Shown here: positions 33,736-45,100 of the stretch, piece by piece
How the letters are laid out: each line of letters starts with the position of its first letter
Numbering within the stretch: position 1 is the first letter of the stretch
Assembly: GCA_004431415.1 (NCBI GenBank)
Contig: QPMI01000416.1
Location: 558,001 to 622,000 of the forward strand
Origin: Cyanophora paradoxa CCMP329
Taxonomy: Eukaryota > Plantae > Glaucophyta
DNA: 64,000 nt
Reading direction: 5' to 3'
Position numbers and translations under genes: made by a program
The notes under the pieces: model-generated
What the model was told of the DNA's origin: nothing
Databases searched by the model: none
The model's input: only the letters and a program-made list of their open reading frames with translations

Positions 33736-34440
33736 AGCGCAGTTATTGTAACAGGTTGTAACTATGGTGTCTCGAGACTGGCCGGTATTTCACCAAAAAC
33801 AAATTTTAATTATACATGGTAGATGTGCAAGGCCAAGGAGATGGGCAAGCTAAAGGGTCATGATCGAGATCTCCTATGGCCAGGAAGTCCGGAGTTCAAT
33901 GCATGGGCTTCTGCGCATGCGCATCATGGCCACCCCGACTTCGAATTCGTGCGCGGGCTCAATTCTATGATCATGATAAGCTGTATTCTCTGTTATGTCT
34001 AATATAATATGCCTACATGCATCTGTACGATGAATCTGTACAATCTGCAGGTCGACATTGACGTCGATCGCGACTAACCCGGTGATCATATGCATCTATG
34101 CGGCTGCTTGCCTTAAGCTTGCCTAGGTATCTAAATAACGCACCGTGGCACGTCGATCCACATTGAAGATGAATCTCCTTCCCGCTCGCATGTCAAACGC
34201 TGCATTAATGTTGCATCGAGGTTTCTCGCCTCGATGCAACATTGATGTAACCGGGGGGCGTCGTTGATGTAACGGATGATCATGAGCAGAACACTCGCGA
34301 TCGGTCTGCTGGATGAAGATCTATCGTTTCATCTATTTGACATTTATTAAGCTTATGGATGCTTGCAATTGTGTACTCTACAAAGAGCCCGGGCCTAAAT
34401 GAAACGTTCAGTGATTGATCTAACCATCGATATCTTGCAA

Positions 34441-36040
34441 TTACACCGTACCCGGCGAGAGCGGCTTGGGTGTCCGAGAGGGGCCCGGAGTCGGAGAAGG
34501 GGAGGGGGTGGGCGGCGCCCCGCAGGTGGCCGTGTCGGAGCCAGTCACGTTCTTGCCCCCAGCAACGGCGGAATTGTTTTTCGAAGCCCCGGGTATCGTG
34601 AAATAGGAGCAGCCAGCGCGGTTCGTGACGCACGTCGACGTCGCGTTCACCTCATCCTGCGGGTACATGAGAAAAGGACCTCGAAGTCGCGGGGGTACAG
34701 TGTTCAGAGCGCACGCTGTCGAACCTGAAGTAGAGGAGCAGGTTCGGATCGCCCGCGTTCGCCTTCGTCGGCATCGTCGACTGTACCCCCGTTTCAGAAA
34801 AGGACGTACCCCTTTCGGGCAAGAAATGCGGTACCCCGCACCTGGATCTGCGCCGTGGTCCGCAGACTCTTCCAGATGCGGATCTCGCTGCATGCGCAGC
34901 GCGATTTCAGCGTTCGCGAGCTCAAATCCGAGCTCGTGAGGGGGTACGCAAAATCAAATTGCACTCGATTAGAAGCCGTTCAGCTTGCCCACCCGAAAAC
35001 CGACGAGTGTTGCGTTGTCGAAGGACGCGCCAATCATGGGGGGTAGTAGGCGAATCCGACCCCGGGGTTGGCCCCTGCCGTTCATCTGCCGGGGCGGGGG
35101 CTTGAGAATCCGAGGGGAGGGGGTACCGAATTCTTGGGCGGATTACCCAGGCCTAGGGGTACAGCTTGTCCCCGGGCCCGGCCGCGCCCGGCCGACGACG
35201 TGCACCCACGTGTTCCTGCCCCCAACCGTCAAGCGAAATCTGACGCGGAAGGGAGACGCTGGTACAAATTAAAGCACACAGGGGCCAGCCGCGGCCGGTT
35301 AAGCTCGCGCCAACGTAGTCCAGGTGCGCATGCCCGAAGCGACCGGCAACGTCCAGGAAAACCCGGAAAGCGTTCGAGGCGGCATCAAATACCGTGAAAA
35401 GCTGCGGAAGCGTTAGCTAATTGAAGTAGATCTATAGCTAGAGAAGCCGGGGCGAGCGCGCACCTGGTAATTCCAGATGCTGTCGACCACGCCGGACGCG
35501 CCAAAGGGGCGGAATTCGAACCCGTCGACGTCCACGGGCGGCGCCTGCGGCCGCACACGGCGCGCGCCGCTGTCAACGCCGGAGCTCTCGATAGACGGGT
35601 AGGCGCACCGCGAGATAGATCCACGCTTCGAAGGTCATGATCAGGCTGTCGCCGAACACGGGGACGGGGCTGACTCCCACTGTCGCCACGCCGCTTCCCG
35701 GCGACTCCAGCGCGAGCTCGGGGTCTGCGTCGTCCGATCGAGCGCTGAGGTCTTCGAAGGGGGCACGCGGGCGGGCCGGGCGGGCGCGCGAACCGGCGGC
35801 CGCAGACGAGGCGACGAGGCACGCGAGGATCAGGACGGCGATGGCGCCGCCTGCGCGCGCCCCCAGGGCGGAGGCGCGCTGTATGTGCGCTCCGTGCTGC
35901 GCGCCGGCGCGCGCTTGCGCTGCCCGGGACCGCTGGCCGCCGGGCGCAGCGCGCCGGCGTTCACGGCTAGCGCTCGGCGGTCTGCAGCTGGGCTCTCCCT
36001 TAAAGGGGCGCGCGCGCCCCGCCGCGCTCGACTCAAGCAT
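34441..36040 (-). CDS. Secreted LamG/concanavalin-A-like domain protein, possibly truncated
   Basis: Signal-like AIAVLILACLVASSAAA; MTFEAWIYL, TWVHVV, SEIRIWKSLRTTAQIQ and NLLLYFRFD are LamG/pentraxin-type motifs; Pro/Ser/Thr linker before the stop. Confidence 0.55.
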
Positions 36041-36359
36041 TCATCTAAGTTGATCAAGCACATCGCTGCAGCTAGCGCCGACTGCATCGGCTGCGCGGTT
36101 TGCGCCCCTCGGATGATCGGAGGAGCGCGCTCGCCGAACAGTTGATCCCACACCGGGAGCGCTCAGCGTTTGCCACTTGCGCTCGAATGGGAGCGCTGGG
36201 GAGCTCGAGCTCAAGTCCGCGCAAAGCTTCTTCGCAACGCCAGCCGTCCGAGTCGGAGCTGCGCGCCGCAGCTGCGTCGGCGTTCTGCACCGCGGCGCCC
36301 GCTCTCCCTCGAGCGCGATTCGCGCGACGGCCTCCCGGGACGCGTACCCCCGCGGGCCA

Positions 36360-39142
36360 ATGTCCCGCCCAGCTGCGCGGTACTCACTCTCCTCGCGCGA
36401 TGTTGGATCGCTGCCGCTGCCCCCATCGGTGCGGCAGAAACTCATCAAGGCGGGCTTCCGAACGCTCCGGTGCCGGCAGCCTTCCCGGCCCTGCGCTCAC
36501 GCGCGGCGCTCGTAGTCACGATTCGCATCATCCCGCAGGGATCTGGACAACGTTGGGCCCATCGATCTGTCGCGGGGTGAGCCCATTCCTGGATTTGATC
36601 CGCGCTCGCTCAACGCCAACCTGCCCGCGCAGAGCTCTCCATATCGCCGGACGATGCCGAGAGCATACTGAGGCAGGTGTTCCCCACCAATCATGCGGAC
36701 ACAGGCGTCGGTGCGCTCGCAGTCGCCTTGAGCCGCGCGACTCGCTCACCCGCTCCGCCCAGTCGGCATGTCCGCGCTCGAGATGCTCCAGAAGCGGGAG
36801 GAACCCATCATGACGTTCGTACGCGCAATCGACCTCATGCTCGGCGGCGGCGTCGCCCTCGGCTCTGTGACCGAGTTCTGTGCGCCGCCCGGCCCGCGGC
36901 CCGCGCCCTTGGCCCCCCGCCATCGCTGCGGCTAACAGACGCGCACCAGGCGGCGTGCCCGGCATCGGAAAGACGCAGCTTGGGTCCGCGTTCGAACCAG
37001 GCCGCGCCGCGGCTGTCGTGCGCGCTTCGCGCCGCGCAGTCCGACCCGCGAGCCGAGCGCAGCATGCAGCTCGCGCTCAACGTGCAGATTCCGCACGGCT
37101 ACGGCGGAGCAGGCGGGGCAGCGGTCTACATCGGTGCGCGCCCGCCGCGGCGCCCGCCCCCTCCGCGCCGCTCACAGTTCGTGCGCGCTCGCCGCTGGCA
37201 TGTGGCGCAGACACGGAGGGAAGTTTCATGCTCGAGCGGCTCGTGGAGATGGCCGAAGCAGTCCGCGCGCACCTGCAGACGCTCCAGGCCCGCCCCCCGC
37301 CCCGCGCCCGCCCCGCCAGCGCGGCGCCGGCCTGCGCCGAACCCCGCGGCAGGAGAAGCACGCGCAGACGTACGAGGGCCTTCCCATCCCGGCCCTGGAT
37401 GACGTGCGCGCCGGCCGCCGCCCGCCGCCGCTCGCCCCGCTCCGCCCCGCGCCGCGCCGACTGGAGCCGCGCCGCGGCGCGCCGCGCCGCAGATGCTGGC
37501 GAACATACACTACTTCCGGCCCTACAGCTCGACCGAGCAGCTGGCGCTCATGCACGTCCTCCCGGCCTTCCTCTCCGAGCACCCCGAGGTGCGGCTCCCG
37601 CGGCCGGCCGGTCCTCCGGGGCCCGCTCGCCTGCCCGCCCGCGTCGAGCGTTTCGGGGACCGACATGCGCGGCCGCGCGGCCGGCCGTCTCCGCAGGTCC
37701 GGCTGCTGGTGGTCGACTCCGTGAGCTTCCACTTTCGCTACGGATTCGATCGCGAGGACATGCCCCTCCGCTCGCGGCTGCTGGGTACAATGGCGCTCGA
37801 GTTCATGTCCCTCGCCCAGTCCCACCGCCTCGCCGTGCGAGCTCGTACCCCCTCCCCCCCGCCTCGACGCTGGGTCGAATCCGCGCAGGTCGTTTTCATG
37901 AACCAGGTCACGACGAAGATAGGGGAGCGCGAGCCCCGTCCCTCCCGCGGCCAGGCTCGCCCCCTTACCCCCCCCATTTTCCCTCCCCCCACTCCCCTAT
38001 CCACCTCCTCCCTCCTCCTCCCGCCCCTCTTTCTCAACCTGCCCTGCCTGCCCTCCCCCTCCCCCCCCCCTCCTCCTCCCCATCTCCTCCTCCCTTTCCC
38101 CCTCCCCCATCTCCTCCTCCCTTCCCCTCCCTTTCCCCCCTCTCGTCATCCTTCGCCCGCCCCCCCCCCCCCCCCCCCCCGCCCCCCTTCTCCCCCTTCC
38201 CCCTCCCCCTTCCCCCCCCCCCTTCATCCCATTCCCTCTCTTCCCCATTCCACCCCCTCCCCTTTCTCTCCTTTCTCGCTACCCGTCCGCCTCGTCCTCC
38301 TGCCCTGCCCTCCCTCCCCCCCCTCCCCCCTCCCCGCCTCCTCCTCCCTTACCCCCGCCTCACTGAACCTTACCTCCTCTCCTTTCTCCTCTCCTTTCTC
38401 CTCTCCTTTCTCCGTACCCCCCCCCACCTCGCTGAACGGGCCCGCAGGGCAACGTGAACGAGCCGCAGCAGCGGGACGGCCCAGACTCCTCGCACCTCGC
38501 CCCCGCCCTCGGTACCCCCCTCGCCCTTCCTTTCCATCTGCCTGTGTACCCCCCGCCTCCGCCTCCGCTGAGCGTACGCAGGGGAGTCGTGGGCGCACAA
38601 CTGCGTCGACCGCGTCTACCTCTTCTGGGAGGGGGGCGCCCGCATCGCCCGCCTCTTCAAGTCCAACGCCCGCCCGGTCCGCTCGTTTCCTCGCTGCATG
38701 CGAGGGTCTAGTTTCAATAGGGCCGGGCGCCGCGCGGCGCGGCCTCGAGCATAGGCTTTTTTTTCCCGTAAGCCCTCGTATATTTGGTAACACCGCGGTA
38801 CAGTCTCCGCTACCTCCCTGAGTGGCCAAATATACTAGCTTGCCTAAGGCACCTACCCCCACCAGCCCCGACGTTCGGCCTCGAGCATAGGCGTTCAATC
38901 TCGAGCTCGCGCCTAGCATCCCGTTCTAGCTCGGGCTCTCAGCCTCGGCCCTCAGCTTAAAGCCTTTGCGCCTAAAAGGGCCGCAGACCGCGCAGGTGCC
39001 CTACGCGGTGACGGCGGCCGGGGTGCGGGACGTCCCAAGGCAGAGAGAGTCCGAGGGCGGCGGGGGCGGGGGCGGGGGCGCGGGGGACCACTCGAAGCGC
39101 GCCCGGCCCTCCGGAAACTTGCTCAGCGTCGGCCGCGGCTGA
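36360..39142 (+). CDS. RAD51C: DNA repair protein RAD51 paralogue C
   Basis: IDLMLGGGV, Walker A CGVPGIGKTQLGMQLALNVQIP, YIDTEGSF, Walker B LLVVDSVSFHFR, MNQVTTK, PALGESWAH. Stop TGA at 39140-39142. Confidence 0.92.
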
Positions 39143-39394
39143 GTGTTGCCCGTCTGGTCCTCTATTATTATTATCATCTCTGGCGCGCGCACGCTCTTTC
39201 TCTTTCTCGTATTTCGCCTACTACCGTCTAGGAGCTGGAGCGTTCAATTAGAGGTAGCTAGCTAGCTAGTTCAGGAAGCGAGAGCGATAGTGATTTCAGT
39301 GGTCAGTGGCAGGTGCACAGGACAGTTTGAGAAGAGGACAGCACTATGTTCTGCTATAGGGAACTCGGAAGGCTCGCGTCACGTATAGCTGTAG

Positions 39395-41418
39395 CTATAG
39401 AGGAGGGGAAGGAGAGGACGGGGGGAGAGAGGGGGGCGTGGGGCAGCAGGGCGGAGCGGGGCGGGGCGAGGGAGCGAGGGGCCCGGGAGGGGGGCCGGAG
39501 GAAGGGGAGGAGGGGGCGGGAGGGGCGAGGGGGGGGGGGGGGAGCCAGGAGAGGGAGGGGGAAGAGAGGGGGCCGGGGCGGGTCTGGATTCTTGGCCGGA
39601 GGAGGCCGGCGCCCTGGCGGGGAGGAGGCCGGAGGAGGCCCGGGCGGGCTCTGGGGGATGGAGGGGCGGGCGCGGGGAGCGCCGGTGGGGGCGTCAAGGC
39701 CGCTTGGGGCGTGGGAGATACCAGGGTAGCTGGCGGCCGCCGCTGAGGCGTGCGGAGTCAGCGCCCGAAGCCTGGCCCCGGAGAGCAGACGCGGCGCCGG
39801 CGCCGGCACGCGCACGGCACGAATCGGTCCTGGCCTTGCAATTGACGCCTCGCCCTGACGCCGGCGGCGGGCCGGGGCTGCCCTGCCAGGCTGAACGCGG
39901 TCAAGGCCGGGCGGCCGGGCGCGCGGGGCAAGGCCGGCCGGGCTGGACGGGGCGCCGGGCCGCGAGCTCGAGCCCGGCCGCTGGGGGGCAGAGGGGCGAG
40001 GCGCCGAGTGGGGGGCCGGGCCCTCCCCGCGGATGGACGGCGGGGCCGGGGCCGGGGCGGTGCGGTGCCCCTGCGCCCCGCGGCGCGAGGCGCGAGGCGC
40101 GATGGACGGGGCGGGCCGGCGGGCGCGTGGAGGCCGCGGGGGGGACCCTGGTGAGGAGGCGAGTCTCGAGGAGGGAGGAGGCGTGGTAGGCGGGGAGCCG
40201 GCGGCGGGCGCCGGCGTCGCACAGCGCGGGCGCGGGCGGCACTTCGGAGCTTCGGACTCTAAGAGCTGCGCTCGCCGGCGCGCGCCGTGCGCCGCGGCGG
40301 CGCCCGCCCGCCGCCCGTCGACGCCGGCGGGGAAAAAGGTCGAGAAAAGGTCGGACAGGGGACCCGGGGAGTTCAGCTGCGCTTCCCGCGGCCGCCGCGC
40401 GGGGCTTCGGTTCAGGGCTCCGCGACGGGGCCGGCCGGCCGCCGGCGGCCGTAGCACCGCGGCGGCCAGGTCGCATCCGCGGCCTCCTCCGCGCTGCCGC
40501 CTCGAGCTCGGCGGCGCCGCCCCGCAGGCGCCGCGCAGCGCCGCGAGGCGCGGGGCGGGCGGGGCCCGGGGTGCGCAAGACGCCGGAGCGCGGCCCTCTC
40601 GGCTTCGTCCTCCGCGGCCCCGCCTTGCCCGGTCGGCCCCCTCCGCGCTCCTCTCCGCCTGCGGGGAGCGCCGCATCAGCGCGGGCCGGGCGGGCAAGCC
40701 TCGAAGAGGCCGGCGGAGCACCCGGGGCCAAGCGCACCCGCTGCAGAAGCGCGTCGCTGCGCCCGGCGTCCCTGTACACGTCGACGTCAGCGTCGGCGCC
40801 CCGGCCCACGCACGGGCATCCCGCGGCGCCGCGCAACGTGCACCCGCTTGTTGCCGATCGTGCACGGCCGGGCATTGGAGTGGAACAGCACAGCGACTGA
40901 ACCTGCAATCACGCGAGCGACTCACGTCCTCCCGGCGCGCGCGGCCACGGCGCGGAGCCGCGAGCGCTGCGGAACGAGGCCGGGCGCTTGCGAGCAACAC
41001 AGAGCGCGCCCTGAGAATGAGCGCCTCCACAGCTGGCCATGGGCGTCGAGTGTTGTAAGCGTGGCGCCGGCACGGTGTGTGCGCATCGCCGGCGATGCTC
41101 CTCGCTGCACGGGAACGCTCAAGCCCGTGGGGTTGAGAACTAGTACTCGCAGGGAGAAGCCGGACGCACCGTCATCGGCAGTGCTCCCAAGAGGCCCTCC
41201 GCTTGCTGCCGCGCAAGCTAGCAGCCCGCCATACGCTGCGATCCAGCTGCTGTGCAAGCCAGCAGCTGCAGTGGCCCGCCCGGCGCGGCTTGGTCAACGT
41301 CCCCACCAAAGCGCCCTACCCCGTAATAGCGTTGCCAACTGGCCTACAGGAAAACCTGCAGGGCCAGTGCAGGCCTGCAGGTTTTCCTGCAGGCCAGTTG
41401 GCAACGGCAAGAAAATTC
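39395..41418. repeat. Modular GC-rich dispersed repeat, copy B, ending in a T-shaped hairpin
   Basis: Shares modules with copies A, C, D and E; palindrome at 41331-41405 followed by GGCAAGAAAATTC. Confidence 0.85.
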
Positions 41419-42150
41419 GGCTAGCTCCTGTAACCCCCGTTCTCGCTTGAAGTCTGCGCTCTGCGCCGCCCAGCGCGTCGAAGGCGGCGCGCGTCGACTT
41501 CAAAGCATCTCGTTCGAGCAGCCACCGCATGCCGCCTTTAGGTACCTCGTCCGGCAGCTACGCAGGCTCCGCTTCCGCCCGGGCGCAGGCTCCTTCGCGG
41601 CTTTCCGAGTCGGCTCGAGCTCGAGCTCGGGCGCGCGCAGGCACGCTTGATCATGAACCAGTGGCGCGCGCGGCCAGCTCGCGCGTGCGGGGCTCCCCGC
41701 GCCTTGTGCGGGCTCATATGCATGATCACTAGCTATAGCACTGAATCAGCGGTCCGGTGCTCTGGCGGAGGTGAGCGTGGGACCGGAGGCGCGGGACTCC
41801 ACCTCAAGCCCGAACAAGGCCTAGGTCGCACCCGCGCTGCCGTTCCGCGCGCGCGCCCCGTCCGGCCTGGACTGACCCTTGCGCTGCGCGCGCAGCGCCG
41901 GGCGCCGGGCAGCGCAGCGCCGGGCGCGGCGCGGCGGATCCGGAGGGGCGCGAGGCTGCGGGCGCCGGCGGGCTCTCGCGGGCCCGGCCCCCGAGCTCGA
42001 GCTCCAGGACGAGGCCGTGCCCCCGCCCCCCGAGCGCCCCTCTTCCGAAGTTCCCCGCGCTATCTCCTGCCCATTATAATTCAAGTAGCACGGCTCGGTC
42101 AGCGGAATGTTCACTTGTTGTTCGGAGGCGAAAGAGAGGGATCCGGCCCG

Positions 42151-45100
42151 TCAAGGGCCGACTGGGGCAAGCTGCGGGAGCTCTCCGGCCGGCCGGCCAG
42201 CCGGCCCCGCCCCCCGGGGCGGCTCGGGCCCGGTGGGGGCCTGGCGGGGGCCGGCGAGGAGGCGGGCCCCCTCGGGCCCCGCCTCGAACTCGAACTCGCC
42301 CTCGACGAGCGCCGCCGCTGCCGGCGCCACCTGCGCAACCCTAGGACTCAGGCGCGGGCGGGGCGGGAGCAGGGCGGGGCGGGGCGGGGTAGGGCGCGCC
42401 AGGCATCGGCCCGGCAGCGAGCGGCGCTCCATGGCAGCCGCCTGGTCCACGGCGGGGCCGAGCAGCTCCCACGTCCAACGGCGCGCCCCCACCACGGCCC
42501 CGCCGCCCGCCCATCCCACGCCGAAGCGCGCCGTCAGCTGCGCCCCCGCACCGGCCCCGGCCCCCGCGCCCTCAGCGGGCGGAAACAGAGCCTCGGAGCC
42601 GAGGCGGGGGCGGCGCCCGGCGGACCGTCTCGTAGGCCCACCCGCGGCTGCCGCGCGGCGTCTCGCCCACGCCGTCGATCTCGAAGCTGGGGCGCGGGGA
42701 AAGGCCAGCGGCCGGGCGCCTGGCCAGGAGGCGCGTGCGGGCGTAGACGGCCCGCATCTCGTGGGCGGCGCGCAGCAGGTTCGCCACCTCCCGCGGGCCC
42801 GCCGGCCGCTCCAGCCCCACCGCCCCCACCCAGGCGTCTGCATCGGCGCGGCCCGGCCCCGTCGACTCAGCACGGGCGCGCGGGGGTGACGAGACGAGAC
42901 GGGCGCGCGTGCGGACCGCCCACTGTGCGGAGGGTCTGGACGCCGTAGCGCTCGGCGATCTCGTCGCAGGCCGCGAAGAGCGCGTCTGGCGGGGCCCGGC
43001 CCGGGCGCCCGTCAATGTCGGGTCGCGTAGGGCAGAGCATGGCGGGGCGGGGCGGGCGAGGGCGCTCACTGAGGGCCTCGACGAGGCGCGGGGCGTGGGC
43101 GCGCGGGGTCAGCCCCGAGAAGCCGACGATGTCGCTCTGCAGCACGCAGACGCGCTCGAACTCCATCGCCCCGCCGCTGCCTCGCTCGCGTCGGCGGGCG
43201 GCGGGGCGGGGCGGGCAGGCGGGCGGGCGGGCGGGCGGACGCGGGGAGGAGGCCGAGCGCGGCCTTCGGGAGGCACAGGTCGAGGAGGGCATCCGCCTCG
43301 GCTCCGGCCTCAGCGGCGGCGCGGGCGGCCCGGCGGGCGGCGGCGCGCAGGAGGAAGCCGCGGCGGGCCTCGCGCTCGCGAAGGAACGCGACGCCGGCCA
43401 TGGCGAGCGCCACGACACCCACCCACAGCGGGACCGCCTGCGCGCGCGCCTGCGTCAGCGCCGCCCGGCTCGGCGGCTCGGCGGCTCGGCGGCTCGGAGA
43501 AGGCTACCTTGCGGTCGGCGGGGGCGCCCGGGGCGGCGGCGGGGACGACCGAGGCGGCGAGGGGCAGGGCGCTCCACGGGAGCTTGTGGCCCAGCGGGAG
43601 CTGCCCGAGCGTGCACACGAAGATCGTGGCGAAGCAGGCGTCCGCGTCCGTCATCTGAGCCGCCCGTCTGAGGCGGGGGGTACAAGCAGGGCGGGGGCGC
43701 GGGGGGTAGGAGCGGACGGTAAGGGCGGCCCAGGAGAGGGGCGAGGCGAGGGGTCCGCGGTGGAGGAGACAGTAGGCGAGGGCTGGCGGCAGCGCGGCGG
43801 CGGCGGCGGCGAGGTGGAGGGCGAGGGCGGCGCGGCGCCCGCGGGCGAGGCGAGGCCAGAAGAGTACGGCGGCCAGCGGGAGGAGCGCGGCGGAGCGGAC
43901 GGCGTAGCGGCCGCCGAGGCGCGCCCCGCCGTCGCTCAGGTCGTTCGCAATGTAGACGAGGGCCTGCAGGGCCGGCCGGCCTTAGGCAAGCCTTAGGCGG
44001 GGCGGGGCGGGGCGCACGGGCATGAGGAGGGAGTGGAGGACGAGGACGGCGAAGAGGGCGCGCAGGGCCGCCGGGTGCGAGCGCCGCGCCGCGGCCCAGA
44101 ACGAGGCCTCCAGGGACGCCTCGGGAAAGGAGAGGCGCCACCTCCTCCGGGCCCGCCCCGCCGCCGCCTCCGCCGCTGCCTCCGCCTCCGTATCCGCCAC
44201 GTCGCTGGCCACATCCGAAGCGCCGCCGGCGCTGCTGCGTCGCGCCAGAGGCTCTGCGCCCTCTGCCCAGGCGCCAGCGGCTGCGTGCACGGCGATGGCC
44301 TCGGCGGCGGGGTCCATCGATACGGAGATCCGCCGCGCGATCCCGACGAGGCGGGCGCTGGAGGAGGACCGGGGTACGCCCGCGCCCCCCTTGAATCCAC
44401 CGCCGGCGCCTTTCTCAGCGTCGCCGCCGGCGCCCCCGACCGCCTCCTCTCGAGAGGGCGGCGCGGGGCCCGGGGCGTCCGCGGGGGCGGCCCAGGCTGC
44501 GTGCGGGCCGCGGGCCGAGTAGCCCGCAGGGGCGAAAGGGCCGCCCGCCTCGCCTGCGTCCCCGTCCCCCGCGTCCTCCTCGTCTTCTTCTTCATCGGCG
44601 CCCGAAGGGAGCACGGCGGCGCCGCGGCGGAGGGAGTAGCCGGCGGAGAGGCGGGCGACGAGGGCCGAGCTGGGCAGGTACGCCGCCTCCGCCGTGCCCC
44701 GCCGCGACCGCGACCGCGAGCTGTGGCTCCGCCGGCGCTCCCGCTCGGTCTCCGAGCCGGCGCCGGGGCGGTGGCGGGAGCGCAGGGAGTGCGCCCCCGC
44801 GGGGTCCTCTTGACCCCGCGCGCCGTCCTCGTTCAGGCGGACGCGGGCCGTGCGGGCGGATTTGCTGCTGCTGCTGCTGCCGCCGCCGCCGCCGGCGACA
44901 CTGGAGGCGGCCCGCTGGACGACGGCGATCGCCAGATCGAGGCCTAGGCTGCCACCAGCGCTGGCGCCGCCGCCGGCGCCGCCGGCTGAGCTCGGGGCGC
45001 GCGAGGCGAAGCAGGTGGACCACTCGCCGCGGCCCTTGAGGGCCGTGGCGGCCGGCTCCGTGAAGCGGAAGGGGCCGGCGGCGCCGGCCGCCGTCATCGC

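Noticed and set aside
39354-41058. 558-aa and 341-aa ORFs as a transposase or gene
   Set aside because: Low-complexity R/A/P/G translation of a GC-rich repeat; frames are not conserved between copies and no catalytic motifs were seen.
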